From: an uncultured Enterobacteriaceae bacterium | GTDB taxonomy: Bacteria > Pseudomonadota > Gammaproteobacteria > Burkholderiales > SG8-39 | Assembly: GCA_964430565.1 (NCBI GenBank) | Contig: CAYSFD010000016.1 | Span: 78,902-142,901, forward strand | Reading direction: 5' to 3' | DNA length: 64,000 nucleotides | Notes under the pieces: generated by a model | What the model was told of the DNA's origin: nothing | Seen by the model: the letters and a program-made list of their open reading frames with translations, nothing else | Database searches by the model: none | Part shown: one piece after another, positions 18,135-29,192 of the stretch | Position numbering within the stretch: the first letter of the stretch is position 1 | How the letters are laid out: each line of letters begins with the position of its first letter | Translations under genes and position numbers: made by a program

Positions 18135-18554
18135 TCAGTACGCGCGCTCCTCGCCCGGCTTCATTTCCACCATCCGGCTGCCTAGGCCGCGCTTGTCGAG
18201 CGCCGCCTTGAACTGCGCCGGCGTACCGGCAAGTATCGGGTAGGTGCCGAAGTGCATGGGGATCACCTGCTTCGGCTGTACCCATTCCACGGCTTGCGCG
18301 GCGCGCGCCGGGTCCATGCCGAAATGGCCGCCGATGCCGGCCAGCATCACGTCCACTTTGAAAAACTCGGCGATCAGCTTCATGTCGGTGAACACGTCCG
18401 TGTCGCCGGTGTGGTAGAGGGTCGGACCGCCGCTGATCTGCAGCACGTAGCCGACGGGATTGCCGCTCGCGATGGCTGCGGGCTGGCCAGGTCCGGAAGG
18501 CTGCACCATCGGCGGCGTCAGTTCCGAGCCGTGCACGGCATTGACGAACGTCAC
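18135..18554 (-). pseudogene. 5'-truncated remnant of a UPF0173-type MBL-fold metal-dependent hydrolase
   Basis: Contains only the C-terminal two-thirds of the family (KVTFVNAVHGS...LYHTGDTDVFTDMKL...GIGGHFGMDP...VIPMHFGTYP). The N-terminal HxHxDH metal motif is absent. Weak similarity continues upstream in frame to a stop near 18645, inside the 3' end of the thioesterase gene. Confidence 0.55.
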
Positions 18555-18589
18555 CTTGGCGCCGGCCTTCGGAAGATCTACCGGACGCC

Positions 18590-19015
18590 CTACTTCGGAT
18601 AAAGAATCAGTTGAGTGCAGCGAAACAGCGCGAGCTTGCGCCGCTCTTCACCGTGGGTCACTACGGCGTCCCAAACGTGGGTCGTGCGCCCCAGGTGCAC
18701 GGCGCGCGCCTCGCCGTAGAGCGTGCCTTCCGCCGCGCTATTAAGGAAGTTCGTCTTGAGCTCCACGGTGGTGAAATTCTGCGCGTTCGCGGGCAGGTGC
18801 GCGACGCAGCCGTAGCCTGCGAGCGTGTCGGCGAAGCTGACGATCGTCCCGGCGTGCAGGTAGCCGTTCGGCGCGAGCAGCGCCTTGCGCAGCTCGAGTT
18901 CCCCTTTGAGCAGGCCCTCGGAGACTTCGGTGATGACGAACCCGATCAGGCCGGGCAGGTAGTCTCGCCCGAAACGATTGAAATGATCGACGTCGAATCC
19001 GGGCCGAAGCGGCAT
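18590..19015 (-). CDS. PaaI-family hotdog-fold thioesterase
   Basis: NGYLHAGTIVSFADTLAGYG, TVELKTNFL and RTTHVWDAVV are typical of PaaI/4HBT thioesterases. Confidence 0.82.
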   Translation of the reverse strand: MPLRPGFDVDHFNRFGRDYLPGLIGFVITEVSEGLLKGELELRKALLAPNGYLHAGTIVSFADTLAGYGCVAHLPANAQNFTTVELKTNFLNSAAEGTLYGEARAVHLGRTTHVWDAVVTHGEERRKLALFRCTQLILYPK

Positions 19016-19019
19016 GGAA

Positions 19020-20255
19020 TCAGTCCGAACCGGGCGCGGGCAGCGGCTTGAAATGCTTGCTGAGCGTAATGCCTTGGCGCTGATACGACGAATTCATGCC
19101 GGCGCCGTAAAGCCGGGTCGGTTGGGCGGTCAGGCGTTCATAGGCAAGCCGCCCCACCACCTGGCCGTCCTCGATCACGAACGGAACTTCGTAGGAACGC
19201 ACTTCCAGGACCGCGCGCGCGCCTTCGCCTCCCGCATCCGGATGCCCGAAACCCGGATCGAAAAAACCGGCGTAGTGGACGCGAAACTCGCCGACCAGCG
19301 TGTCGTACGCGATCATTTCTGCGGCGTAGGTCGGCGGAACCTTCACCGATTCCCGCGACGCCAGGATATAGAAGTCCGCGGGGTCCAACACCAGTCCGCC
19401 GCGGCGAGGCGCATACACCGGCTCCCAGTAGTCGAGCACCTCGTAGTGCCGGACCTTGTCGATGTCGATCAAGCCGGCGTGACTCCTGGCTTTGTATCCG
19501 ATGAGGCGCCCCGAACCTTCCCCCCTCACGTCAACCGACACCGGCACGCCGTTGCGGATTTCATCCAGGCCGATCGAACCCACGATCTCATGCTCTTGCT
19601 GCAGGCGTTTCATGTCCTCGTCGCTGCTGGCCGGATTGCCGCGCCGGATGCGGATCTGGTTCAATCTGGAACCCTTTCGCACCAGGGCGCTGAAGGTTCG
19701 CGGCGACACTTCCGCATACAGCGGGCCTTTGTATTGCTCGCGCACCCGATCGAACTCCGTGCCGTAGTCGGTGATCAGGCGGGTGAATATGTCGAGCCGG
19801 CCGGTGGAGCTCTTGGGATTGCCCATCGCCGAGGTACGCTTTTTCAGCGACAGGCCCTCGAGCAAGGGAACGATATAGACGCAGCCGCGCTCCAGCACCC
19901 CTCCGTTGCTGATATCCATCTTGTGCATCGCAAGGTCGCCGAGCCGCTGCTCGACCGTCGCGTTCTTGCCCGGCAGGAAACTGGCGCGAACTCGATAAGC
20001 GACGGACCCCAACCGAAGATCCAGGCTGGCGGGTTGAAATTGATCGCTCTGTATCGGCTCCAGTGCGACGATCTCCTTGGAGACCCTGACTTGATATTCG
20101 AGTTCCTGCGAGGGCAATATCCCAGTCGAACGCGCCGCTCCGTCCGGTTCGTCCCCAGATTCGTCGCGGCGTCCCCGGCTCCGAGCGCCGCCGCCTGCCT
20201 GGCCGAGCAGATCGTCGGAGACTTTTCCGAACATCGGTTTGTTTGTGTCCGGCAT
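19020..20255 (-). CDS. DCD-family 2'-deoxycytidine 5'-triphosphate deaminase-like protein
   Basis: ILPSQELEY, QPASLDLRLG, YRVRASFLPG and GFFDPGFG are characteristic of the long two-lobed DCD family. The ATG at 20255 lies 5 nt after the SDR stop; the track ORF extends spuriously to 20423. Confidence 0.75.
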   Translation of the reverse strand: MPDTNKPMFGKVSDDLLGQAGGGARSRGRRDESGDEPDGAARSTGILPSQELEYQVRVSKEIVALEPIQSDQFQPASLDLRLGSVAYRVRASFLPGKNATVEQRLGDLAMHKMDISNGGVLERGCVYIVPLLEGLSLKKRTSAMGNPKSSTGRLDIFTRLITDYGTEFDRVREQYKGPLYAEVSPRTFSALVRKGSRLNQIRIRRGNPASSDEDMKRLQQEHEIVGSIGLDEIRNGVPVSVDVRGEGSGRLIGYKARSHAGLIDIDKVRHYEVLDYWEPVYAPRRGGLVLDPADFYILASRESVKVPPTYAAEMIAYDTLVGEFRVHYAGFFDPGFGHPDAGGEGARAVLEVRSYEVPFVIEDGQVVGRLAYERLTAQPTRLYGAGMNSSYQRQGITLSKHFKPLPAPGSD

Positions 20256-20259
20256 GACG

Positions 20260-20955
20260 CTAGAACCGCTCGACCCAGGGCCGCAGCTCCACTTCCCAGG
20301 TCCAGGCGCTGCGGTGCTGGCGGAATACGTGCAGGTAATTCTTCGCGATCTCATCGGGCAAGAGCATCCCGTCCGCGCCGCGCTCGCCCGCGCGGGAATC
20401 GCCCGCGCCCTGCGAGATTCCACCGTCGATGACGAAGTGCGCGATGTGCAGTCCCTTGGGCGCGAGCTCGCGCGCCATGCTCTGCGCGAGGCCGCGCAGC
20501 GCGAACTTGCCCATAGCGAAGGGCGCAGACTCGGCGTAGCCCTTCACGCTCGCCGAGGCCCCGGTGAAGAAGACCGCCCCCGAGCCGCGCGCAAGCATCC
20601 GCTTCGCCGCAGCCTGCGCAACGAGGAATCCAGCGTAGGCCGTCACCCTGATGGTGCGCTCGACTTCCTTCGGATCCAGACCGACGAACGGCCCGCGCAC
20701 GCGGTAGCCGGCGTTGTACACAACGAGGTCCGGCACGCCCCACTTAGCCTCGACCGCGGCGAACATCGCTTCGACCTGGGCGAGATCCGCGGCGTCGCAG
20801 GCGACCGGCAGCGCCGAGGTTTCCTTTGCGAGGGCGCCGAGCTTGGAGGTGTCGCGCGCGGCGAGCGCGACGCGCATCCCATCTTTGGCGAACAGGCGCG
20901 CGAGCGAGGCCGAGAGGCCACTCCCAGCGCCGACGATCAACGCGGTTTCAGCCAT
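20260..20955 (-). CDS. SDR-family oxidoreductase
   Basis: ALIVGAGSGLSASLARLF (Rossmann), NAGY, SASVKGYAESAPFAMGKFALRG (Y-x3-K). Confidence 0.85.
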   Translation of the reverse strand: MAETALIVGAGSGLSASLARLFAKDGMRVALAARDTSKLGALAKETSALPVACDAADLAQVEAMFAAVEAKWGVPDLVVYNAGYRVRGPFVGLDPKEVERTIRVTAYAGFLVAQAAAKRMLARGSGAVFFTGASASVKGYAESAPFAMGKFALRGLAQSMARELAPKGLHIAHFVIDGGISQGAGDSRAGERGADGMLLPDEIAKNYLHVFRQHRSAWTWEVELRPWVERF

Positions 20956-20994
20956 CGCTCGATCGAGCCCGGCTCGCGCCATGCCGCGCGTTCA

Positions 20995-21969
20995 TCACGC
21001 GGCCTCGGGCATGGCGAGCGTCCCGCGCCCGATGAGGGAGCGGAACGCCTCGTAGGTTTCGCGGATGCCTTCGGCGAGCGGCATGCTGCCGTAATCGCCT
21101 AGGCAGTCGCGCAGCGGCTGGTCGGGCAGGTGCATCGGGAAAGCAAGCGGCTGCCCCGAGGACGTGATTGCGGTCGAAGGCGCGAGCTTCCTGAGTATTC
21201 CGAGTCCCTCTTCGACCGGCGCATAAACGCCGTTCATGTCGAACACCGGGGCGCCCGCGCGCTCTCGCGCGACCGCGTGAATGAATGCGCTTGCCGCTTC
21301 TCCCGCGTACAGCCACGAAACGCCGCCGGAGAACGGCACATCGTAGGGTTTCCCCGCGGCGGCGGCGAGGATCGCCACCGTCGTCTTGGAGGTGAGCCCC
21401 TGGTCGCGGCCGACGCCGTAGACGACGCCCGGCCTTATCCCGATGCTGTGCACGCCCCAGTCCCCCGAATAGACCTTGGCGATCTGCTCGTCGCAATACT
21501 TGTACGCGCCGTAGAGCGTGTGCATGGCGCCGTGACCTTCATCCATCGCGCCGTAGGCGGCGATCGAGCTTGCGTAGGCGAGGCGCTTGATGCCCAGGCG
21601 CCGCGCGGCCTCGAAGATGTTCACCGTGCCGACGACGTTGACTTTCGCCCCCGCGACCGGATCGGCCTTGCAGAACGGCACCTGCAGCGCGGCGAGATGG
21701 ATGATCGCGCAAGGGCGCAGCGCTTCGAGAATTCCGCCGACCGCCTTGCCGTCGGCAATATCGCCGGTGCGCCACTGGATCTTTTCGAGATCGCGCTCGG
21801 CGATGAGAAGGCGCGGCCGGCGCTTGTCCTCGCTCAAGTCGAGCGCGCACACCGGCGCTCCGGCGCGGGCAAGCAAGGCCAGCACCCAACTGCCGATGCA
21901 GCCGCCCGCGCCCGTCACGACGACGGGGCCGGGGAAGTCCGCGCGATCGACGGAAAAGCGTTCAGGCAC
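20995..21969 (-). CDS. NAD-dependent epimerase/dehydratase-family protein
   Basis: VVVTGAGGCIGSWV, ASSIAAYG, YGAYKYCDE (Y-x3-K). I propose the GTG at 21969 as the start; the track ORF's upstream 156 aa run into the divergent ABC gene. Start uncertain. Confidence 0.75.
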   Translation of the reverse strand: MPERFSVDRADFPGPVVVTGAGGCIGSWVLALLARAGAPVCALDLSEDKRRPRLLIAERDLEKIQWRTGDIADGKAVGGILEALRPCAIIHLAALQVPFCKADPVAGAKVNVVGTVNIFEAARRLGIKRLAYASSIAAYGAMDEGHGAMHTLYGAYKYCDEQIAKVYSGDWGVHSIGIRPGVVYGVGRDQGLTSKTTVAILAAAAGKPYDVPFSGGVSWLYAGEAASAFIHAVARERAGAPVFDMNGVYAPVEEGLGILRKLAPSTAITSSGQPLAFPMHLPDQPLRDCLGDYGSMPLAEGIRETYEAFRSLIGRGTLAMPEAA

Positions 21970-22201
21970 CTTGACTGCCTCGAGGATTTTTCGGGAGTGG
22001 GACTGCCGAAGCTTACAAAGAGCCGTGCCGGAAGTCCACCGCTGCCGGGCAGTGGGCCATTCGCTTTCGCTCCTGGCGCTCGGGCGAAACGACCCACTAT
22101 TCGCTGCCCAGACTACTTGACCGTCCAGCCGCACGCGGCTAACCTGCCTTCGCCCTTCCCGAAATTTCCCGCGAAAGACTCCCGGCAGACGGAGCGACGG
22201 C

Positions 22202-23263
<1,062 letters not shown>

Positions 23264-23298
23264 CATCTCAACGCAGGCATCTACCAAAGGAGGAGACC

Positions 23299-24624
23299 AT
23301 GAGCAACATGAAACGACGCGATTTCCTGAAGATTTCGGCGGGCGTTGCCGCCGGTACCGCGGCCGGCGTGCCGCTGCTCGCGCAAGGCCAGGCGAAGGGC
23401 CCGGCCTTCACTTACAGGCCCGAGAAAGGCGCAAAGCTGCGGGTGCTGCGCTGGCGGCGCTTCGTGCAGGGTGACGAAGACGCTTTCATGGTGCACGTGA
23501 AGCGCTTCTCCGACAAATACGGCGTGCAGGTGCGCGTGGACAACGAGGGCTGGGAGGACGTGCGCCCGAAGGCGGCGGTCGCCGCGAACGTCGGAGCCGG
23601 CCCCGACGTCATCTACGGCTGGTTCGACGACCCGCACCAGTATCCCGACAAGCTCGTCGACGTGAGCGATGTCTGCAACTATCTCGGCGCCAAGTACGGC
23701 GGCTGGTACGACGTGGCGCGCGTCTACGGCATGCGCGACAACCGCTGGATCGGCGTGCCGCTCGGCGCTGCGGGCGCCACCTTCGTGCACCGCATCAGCC
23801 ACGTGCAGGCGGCGGGGTTCAGGGAATTCCCGAAGGACACCGCGGGCTTTCTCGCGCTGTGCAAGGCGATGCACGCGAAAGGCACCCCCGCAGGGTTCGC
23901 GCTCGGCAATGCCGTCGGCGACGGCAACTCCTGGGTGTACTGGCTGATCTGGTCGTTCGGCGGCAAGCTCGTCGACGAGAAGGGCAACGTGGTGATCAAC
24001 AGCCCCGAGACGATACGCGCGCTCGAGTATTCGAAGGAGCTGTATTCGACCTTCGTTCCCGGCACGCTCTCCTGGCTCGATCCGAACAACAACAAGGCCT
24101 TCCTCGACGGCCAGGTCTCGCTCACCAACAACGGCATCTCGATCTACTACGCGGCAAAGAACGCCACCGATCCGAAAATGAAGGAACTGGTGCCCGACAT
24201 CGGCCACGCCAGCTATCCGATCGGGCCGGTGGGACGGCCGACCGAGCTGCACCTGTTCACGCAGGCGATGGTCTTCAAATACAGCAAGGTGCCCAACGCC
24301 GCCAAGGCCTTCGTCGCGTTCATGATGGAGAAGGAGCAGTACGAGCCCTGGCAGCAGGCGGCGAACGGATACATCACGCAGCCGCTCAAGGCTTACGAGG
24401 CGAACCCGATCTGGACCGCGGACCCGAAGAACACCCCGTACCGCGACTGCGTGAAGAACATGACCGCGCACTCTTACGCGGGCAAGCCCGGTTACGCGTC
24501 CGCGGCAGCGATGGCGGATTTCATCGTCGTCAACATGGTCGCCGAGGCGGCGAGCGGCGCGAAATCACCCAAGGAAGCGGCGGAGCGCGCCGCGACGCGG
24601 GCGCAGCGGTACTACAAGGTCTGA
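23299..24624 (+). CDS. ABC sugar-type extracellular solute-binding protein with a Tat-like signal
   Basis: MSNMKRRDFLKISAGVAAGTAAGVPLLAQG. The ATG at 23299 is preceded by AAGGAGGAG. 441 aa family-1 SBP profile. It is embedded in an artefactual 1164-aa track ORF. Confidence 0.85.
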   Translation: MSNMKRRDFLKISAGVAAGTAAGVPLLAQGQAKGPAFTYRPEKGAKLRVLRWRRFVQGDEDAFMVHVKRFSDKYGVQVRVDNEGWEDVRPKAAVAANVGAGPDVIYGWFDDPHQYPDKLVDVSDVCNYLGAKYGGWYDVARVYGMRDNRWIGVPLGAAGATFVHRISHVQAAGFREFPKDTAGFLALCKAMHAKGTPAGFALGNAVGDGNSWVYWLIWSFGGKLVDEKGNVVINSPETIRALEYSKELYSTFVPGTLSWLDPNNNKAFLDGQVSLTNNGISIYYAAKNATDPKMKELVPDIGHASYPIGPVGRPTELHLFTQAMVFKYSKVPNAAKAFVAFMMEKEQYEPWQQAANGYITQPLKAYEANPIWTADPKNTPYRDCVKNMTAHSYAGKPGYASAAAMADFIVVNMVAEAASGAKSPKEAAERAATRAQRYYKV

Positions 24625-24638
24625 TTGCTTCAAGCTTT

Positions 24639-24746
24639 CCCCTCCTTGGATAAGGAGGGGTGCCGGCGCAGCCGGCGGGGTGGTTTGACGCGTCAAGCGA
24701 CCACCCCGTCGCCTTCGGCGACACCCCTCCTCAAAATGAGGAGGGG
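24639..24746. repeat. composite REP-like palindromic element (three stem-loops) between the SBP and permease genes
   Basis: CCCCTCCTT-GGAT-AAGGAGGGG (24639-24660). An imperfect ~20-bp-arm palindrome CGGCGGGGTGGTTTGACG/CGTCAAGCGACCACCCCGTCG centred about 24690. CCCCTCCTC-AAAAT-GAGGAGGGG (24724-24746). Confidence 0.75.
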
Positions 24747-24799
24747 AATTCCATTTCCATCCGCCGCCTGATTCCACGCCAGCCACTAGTTCCAGTTCC

Positions 24800-25699
24800 G
24801 TGCACCGCCTTCTCGACAACCGCAACACGCTCGGGCTGCTGTTCATGCTGCCCGCGGCGGCGCTGCTGCTGGTTTTCCTCACCTACCCGCTCGGTCTGGG
24901 AACCTGGCTCGGCTTCACCGACGCGAGGATCGGCCGCGCCGGCGAGTGGGTCGGCATCGAGAACTTCCAGTACCTGTTCGGCGATTCGGTGGCGCGGCTG
25001 TCGCTGTTCAACACGCTCTTTTACACGGCGGTGGCGAGCGCGATCAAGTTCGCGCTCGGCCTGTGGCTCGCGCTGCTGCTGAACGAGCATCTGCCGTTCA
25101 AGTCCCTCGTCCGCGCCGCCGTGCTGCTTCCGTTCATCGTGCCGACCGCGCTTTCGGCGATTGCGTTCTGGTGGCTGTACGACGCGCAGTTCTCGGTGCT
25201 GTCCTGGGCGCTCGTAAAAATGGGGCTCATCGATCGCTACATCAATTTCCTCGGCGATCCGTGGATGGCGCGCTTCTCCACGATCGCAGCGAACATCTGG
25301 CGCGGCGTCCCGTTCGTCGCGATCTGCCTTCTCGCCGGGCTGCAGACCATTTCGCCGTCGCTCTACGAGGCGGCGGCGCTCGACGGCGCGAGCGAGTGGC
25401 AGAAGTTCCGCCACGTCACACTGCCGATGCTCACCCCGATCATCGCGGTGGTGATGACCTTCAGCGTGCTCTTCACCTTCACCGACTTCCAGCTCATTTA
25501 CGTGCTGACGCGCGGCGGCCCGCTCAACTCCACTCACCTCATGGCGACTCTCTCGTTCCAGCGCGCCATCCCGGGCGGCGCGCTCGGCGAGGGCGCGGCG
25601 CTCGCGACCGCCATGGTGCCTTTCCTGCTCGCCGCGATCCTTTTTTCCTACTTCGGCCTGCAGCGCCGGGCGTGGCAGCAAGGTGGAGGAGACAAATGA
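24800..25699 (+). CDS. ABC sugar transporter permease (MalF/UgpA-like)
   Basis: Six-TM profile. EAAALDGASEWQKFRHVTLPMLTP is the EAA loop. GTG start. Confidence 0.88.
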   Translation: MHRLLDNRNTLGLLFMLPAAALLLVFLTYPLGLGTWLGFTDARIGRAGEWVGIENFQYLFGDSVARLSLFNTLFYTAVASAIKFALGLWLALLLNEHLPFKSLVRAAVLLPFIVPTALSAIAFWWLYDAQFSVLSWALVKMGLIDRYINFLGDPWMARFSTIAANIWRGVPFVAICLLAGLQTISPSLYEAAALDGASEWQKFRHVTLPMLTPIIAVVMTFSVLFTFTDFQLIYVLTRGGPLNSTHLMATLSFQRAIPGGALGEGAALATAMVPFLLAAILFSYFGLQRRAWQQGGGDK

Positions 25700-25722
25700 C
25701 GACCTCGAAGACAGTAAGTGAT

Positions 25723-25792
25723 CGTCATCCCCGCGCAAGCGGGGATCCAGTATTTATGCGTCGCCTGGACTCCCGCTTGCGCGGGCGTGACG
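25723..25792. repeat. REP/MITE-like long imperfect palindrome between the two permease genes
   Basis: CGTCATCCCCGCGCAAGCGGGGATCCAG (25723-25750) pairs with CTGGACTCCCGCTTGCGCGGGCGTGACG (25765-25792). Each arm also holds its own small hairpin. The right foot abuts the GGAG SD of the gene starting at 25800. Confidence 0.75.
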
Positions 25793-25799
25793 GAGCGGT

Positions 25800-26672
25800 A
25801 TGAGCACGCGCGCCGCAGATTCCGGCGGAATGGAATACCTCCAGTCGCTGCCGCGGCGCTGGGTCACTGTGTACATACCGGTGATTGCGTTCCTCGTGGT
25901 GCTGCTTTTTCCCTTCTACTGGATGGCGATGACCTCGTTCAAGCCGAACGAGGAGCTGGTGTCTCGGGCCGCGAACCCGTTCTGGATCGTGAACCCGACG
26001 CTCGCGCATTTCGAGAGGCTGCTGTTCCGCACCGAGTATCCGGAATGGATGTGGAACACCGTCGTCGTCTCTGTCGTTTCGACTTTCGTCTCGATCGCGG
26101 CCAGCGTGCTCGCCGCCTATGCGATCGAGCGCCTGCGCTTTCGCGGCTCGAAGCCGGTCGGATTGGCGATTTTCCTCGCCTATCTCGTGCCGCCCTCGAT
26201 CCTCTTCATCCCGCTCGCCGCGATCGTGTTCAAGCTCCAGTTGTGGGACACGCGCTGGGCGCTGATCCTCACCTACCCCACTTTCCTGATCCCGTTCTGC
26301 ACCTGGCTGCTGATGGGCTACTTCCGCTCGATCCCGTACGAGCTCGAGGAGTGCGCGCTGATCGACGGCGCCACGCGCTGGCAGATCCTCACCAAGATCA
26401 TCCTGCCGCTCGCGGTGCCCGGCCTTATCTCGGCCGGGATCTTCGCTTTCACGCTCTCGTGGAACGAGTTCATCTACGCGCTTACTTTTATCTCCTCCTC
26501 CGAGAATAAGACCGTGCCGGTGGGCGTCGTCACCGAGCTGGTTGAAGGCGACGTCTATCACTGGGGCGCGCTGATGGCCGGCGCGCTGATCGGCTCGCTG
26601 CCGGTCGCGATCCTGTATTCCTTCTTCGTCGAGCACTACGTCTCCGGCATGACCGGCGCGGTAAAGGAATAG
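25800..26672 (+). CDS. ABC sugar transporter permease (MalG/UgpE-like)
   Basis: EECALIDGATRWQILTKIILPLAVPG EAA loop, six-TM profile. Confidence 0.88.
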   Translation: MSTRAADSGGMEYLQSLPRRWVTVYIPVIAFLVVLLFPFYWMAMTSFKPNEELVSRAANPFWIVNPTLAHFERLLFRTEYPEWMWNTVVVSVVSTFVSIAASVLAAYAIERLRFRGSKPVGLAIFLAYLVPPSILFIPLAAIVFKLQLWDTRWALILTYPTFLIPFCTWLLMGYFRSIPYELEECALIDGATRWQILTKIILPLAVPGLISAGIFAFTLSWNEFIYALTFISSSENKTVPVGVVTELVEGDVYHWGALMAGALIGSLPVAILYSFFVEHYVSGMTGAVKE

Positions 26673-26681
26673 GGCCGAGGA

Positions 26682-27386
26682 ATGAATCAGCTCGATTTCA
26701 AGGGCCGCGCTGCGATCGTCACCGGCGGCTTGCAAGGTATCGGTGCGGCGATCGCGAAGCGCCTGGAGGCTTCCGGCGCAAAGGTTCTGATCTGGGACAT
26801 CGCGGCGAAGACCGGCGCGGTCGATATTTCGGACGCGGCCGCGGTCGAGCGCGCAACGGCAAAGGCGCTCGCCGATCTCGGCGGGATCGACGTGCTCGTC
26901 AACAACGCCGGCATCGCCGGCATCAACACCCCGACCGTCGAGTATCCGATCGAGGAATGGGAACGCGTGCTGAGAGTCAACCTCACCAGCCAGTTCCTGT
27001 GCTGCCGCGCCGTCGCCCCGCACATGGTGAAGCGAAAGTACGGCCGCATCGTCAACATCGCCTCGATCGCGGGCAAGGAGGGTAACCCGAACGCGGTCGC
27101 CTACAGCGCCTCCAAGGCCGGCGTGATCGCCCTCACCAAGTCGCTCGGGAAGGAATTGGCGCAGACCGGCGTGCTCGTCAACTGCGTGACGCCCGCGGCG
27201 GCGGAGACCGCGATCTTCGATCAGATGACCGAACAGCATATCAACTACATGCTCTCCAAGATCCCGATGAACCGCTTCGTGACGGTGGACGAGATCGCCG
27301 CCCTGGTATGCTGGCTTGCCTCCGAGGACTGCTCGTTCTCCACCGGTGCGGTATTCGACATCTCCGGCGGCCGGGCTACTTATTGA
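26682..27386 (+). CDS. SDR-family dehydrogenase (FabG-like; candidate sugar 1-dehydrogenase)
   Basis: AAIVTGGLQGIGAAIA, NNAGI, SIAGKEGNPNAVAYSASKAG (S...Y-x3-K). Confidence 0.85.
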   Translation: MNQLDFKGRAAIVTGGLQGIGAAIAKRLEASGAKVLIWDIAAKTGAVDISDAAAVERATAKALADLGGIDVLVNNAGIAGINTPTVEYPIEEWERVLRVNLTSQFLCCRAVAPHMVKRKYGRIVNIASIAGKEGNPNAVAYSASKAGVIALTKSLGKELAQTGVLVNCVTPAAAETAIFDQMTEQHINYMLSKIPMNRFVTVDEIAALVCWLASEDCSFSTGAVFDISGGRATY

Positions 27387-27397
27387 AGAACAACGCT

Positions 27398-27432
27398 GTG
27401 TTGCGGCGCAGAGACACCCTGCGCAGCAACAC
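27398..27432 (+). other. intra-operon stem-loop followed by an A/C-rich, SD-less leader
   Basis: GTGTTGCGGCGCAG-N7-CTGCGCAGCAACAC (one mismatch), 12 nt after the SDR stop. Followed by CAAACTTTCAAAAAAACCAAAACACCC and then ATG. Confidence 0.4.
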
Positions 27433-27459
27433 CAAACTTTCAAAAAAACCAAAACACCC

Positions 27460-29190
<1,731 letters not shown>

Positions 29191-29192
29191 AC

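Noticed and set aside
19020-20255. Possibility that the dCTP-deaminase-like gene is an anti-phage nucleotide-depletion defence gene
   Set aside because: As I recall, the described defensive dCTP deaminases have a different domain organisation from this DCD-type fold. The neighbours here are ordinary metabolic genes, and I saw no other defence or mobile-element genes adjacent.
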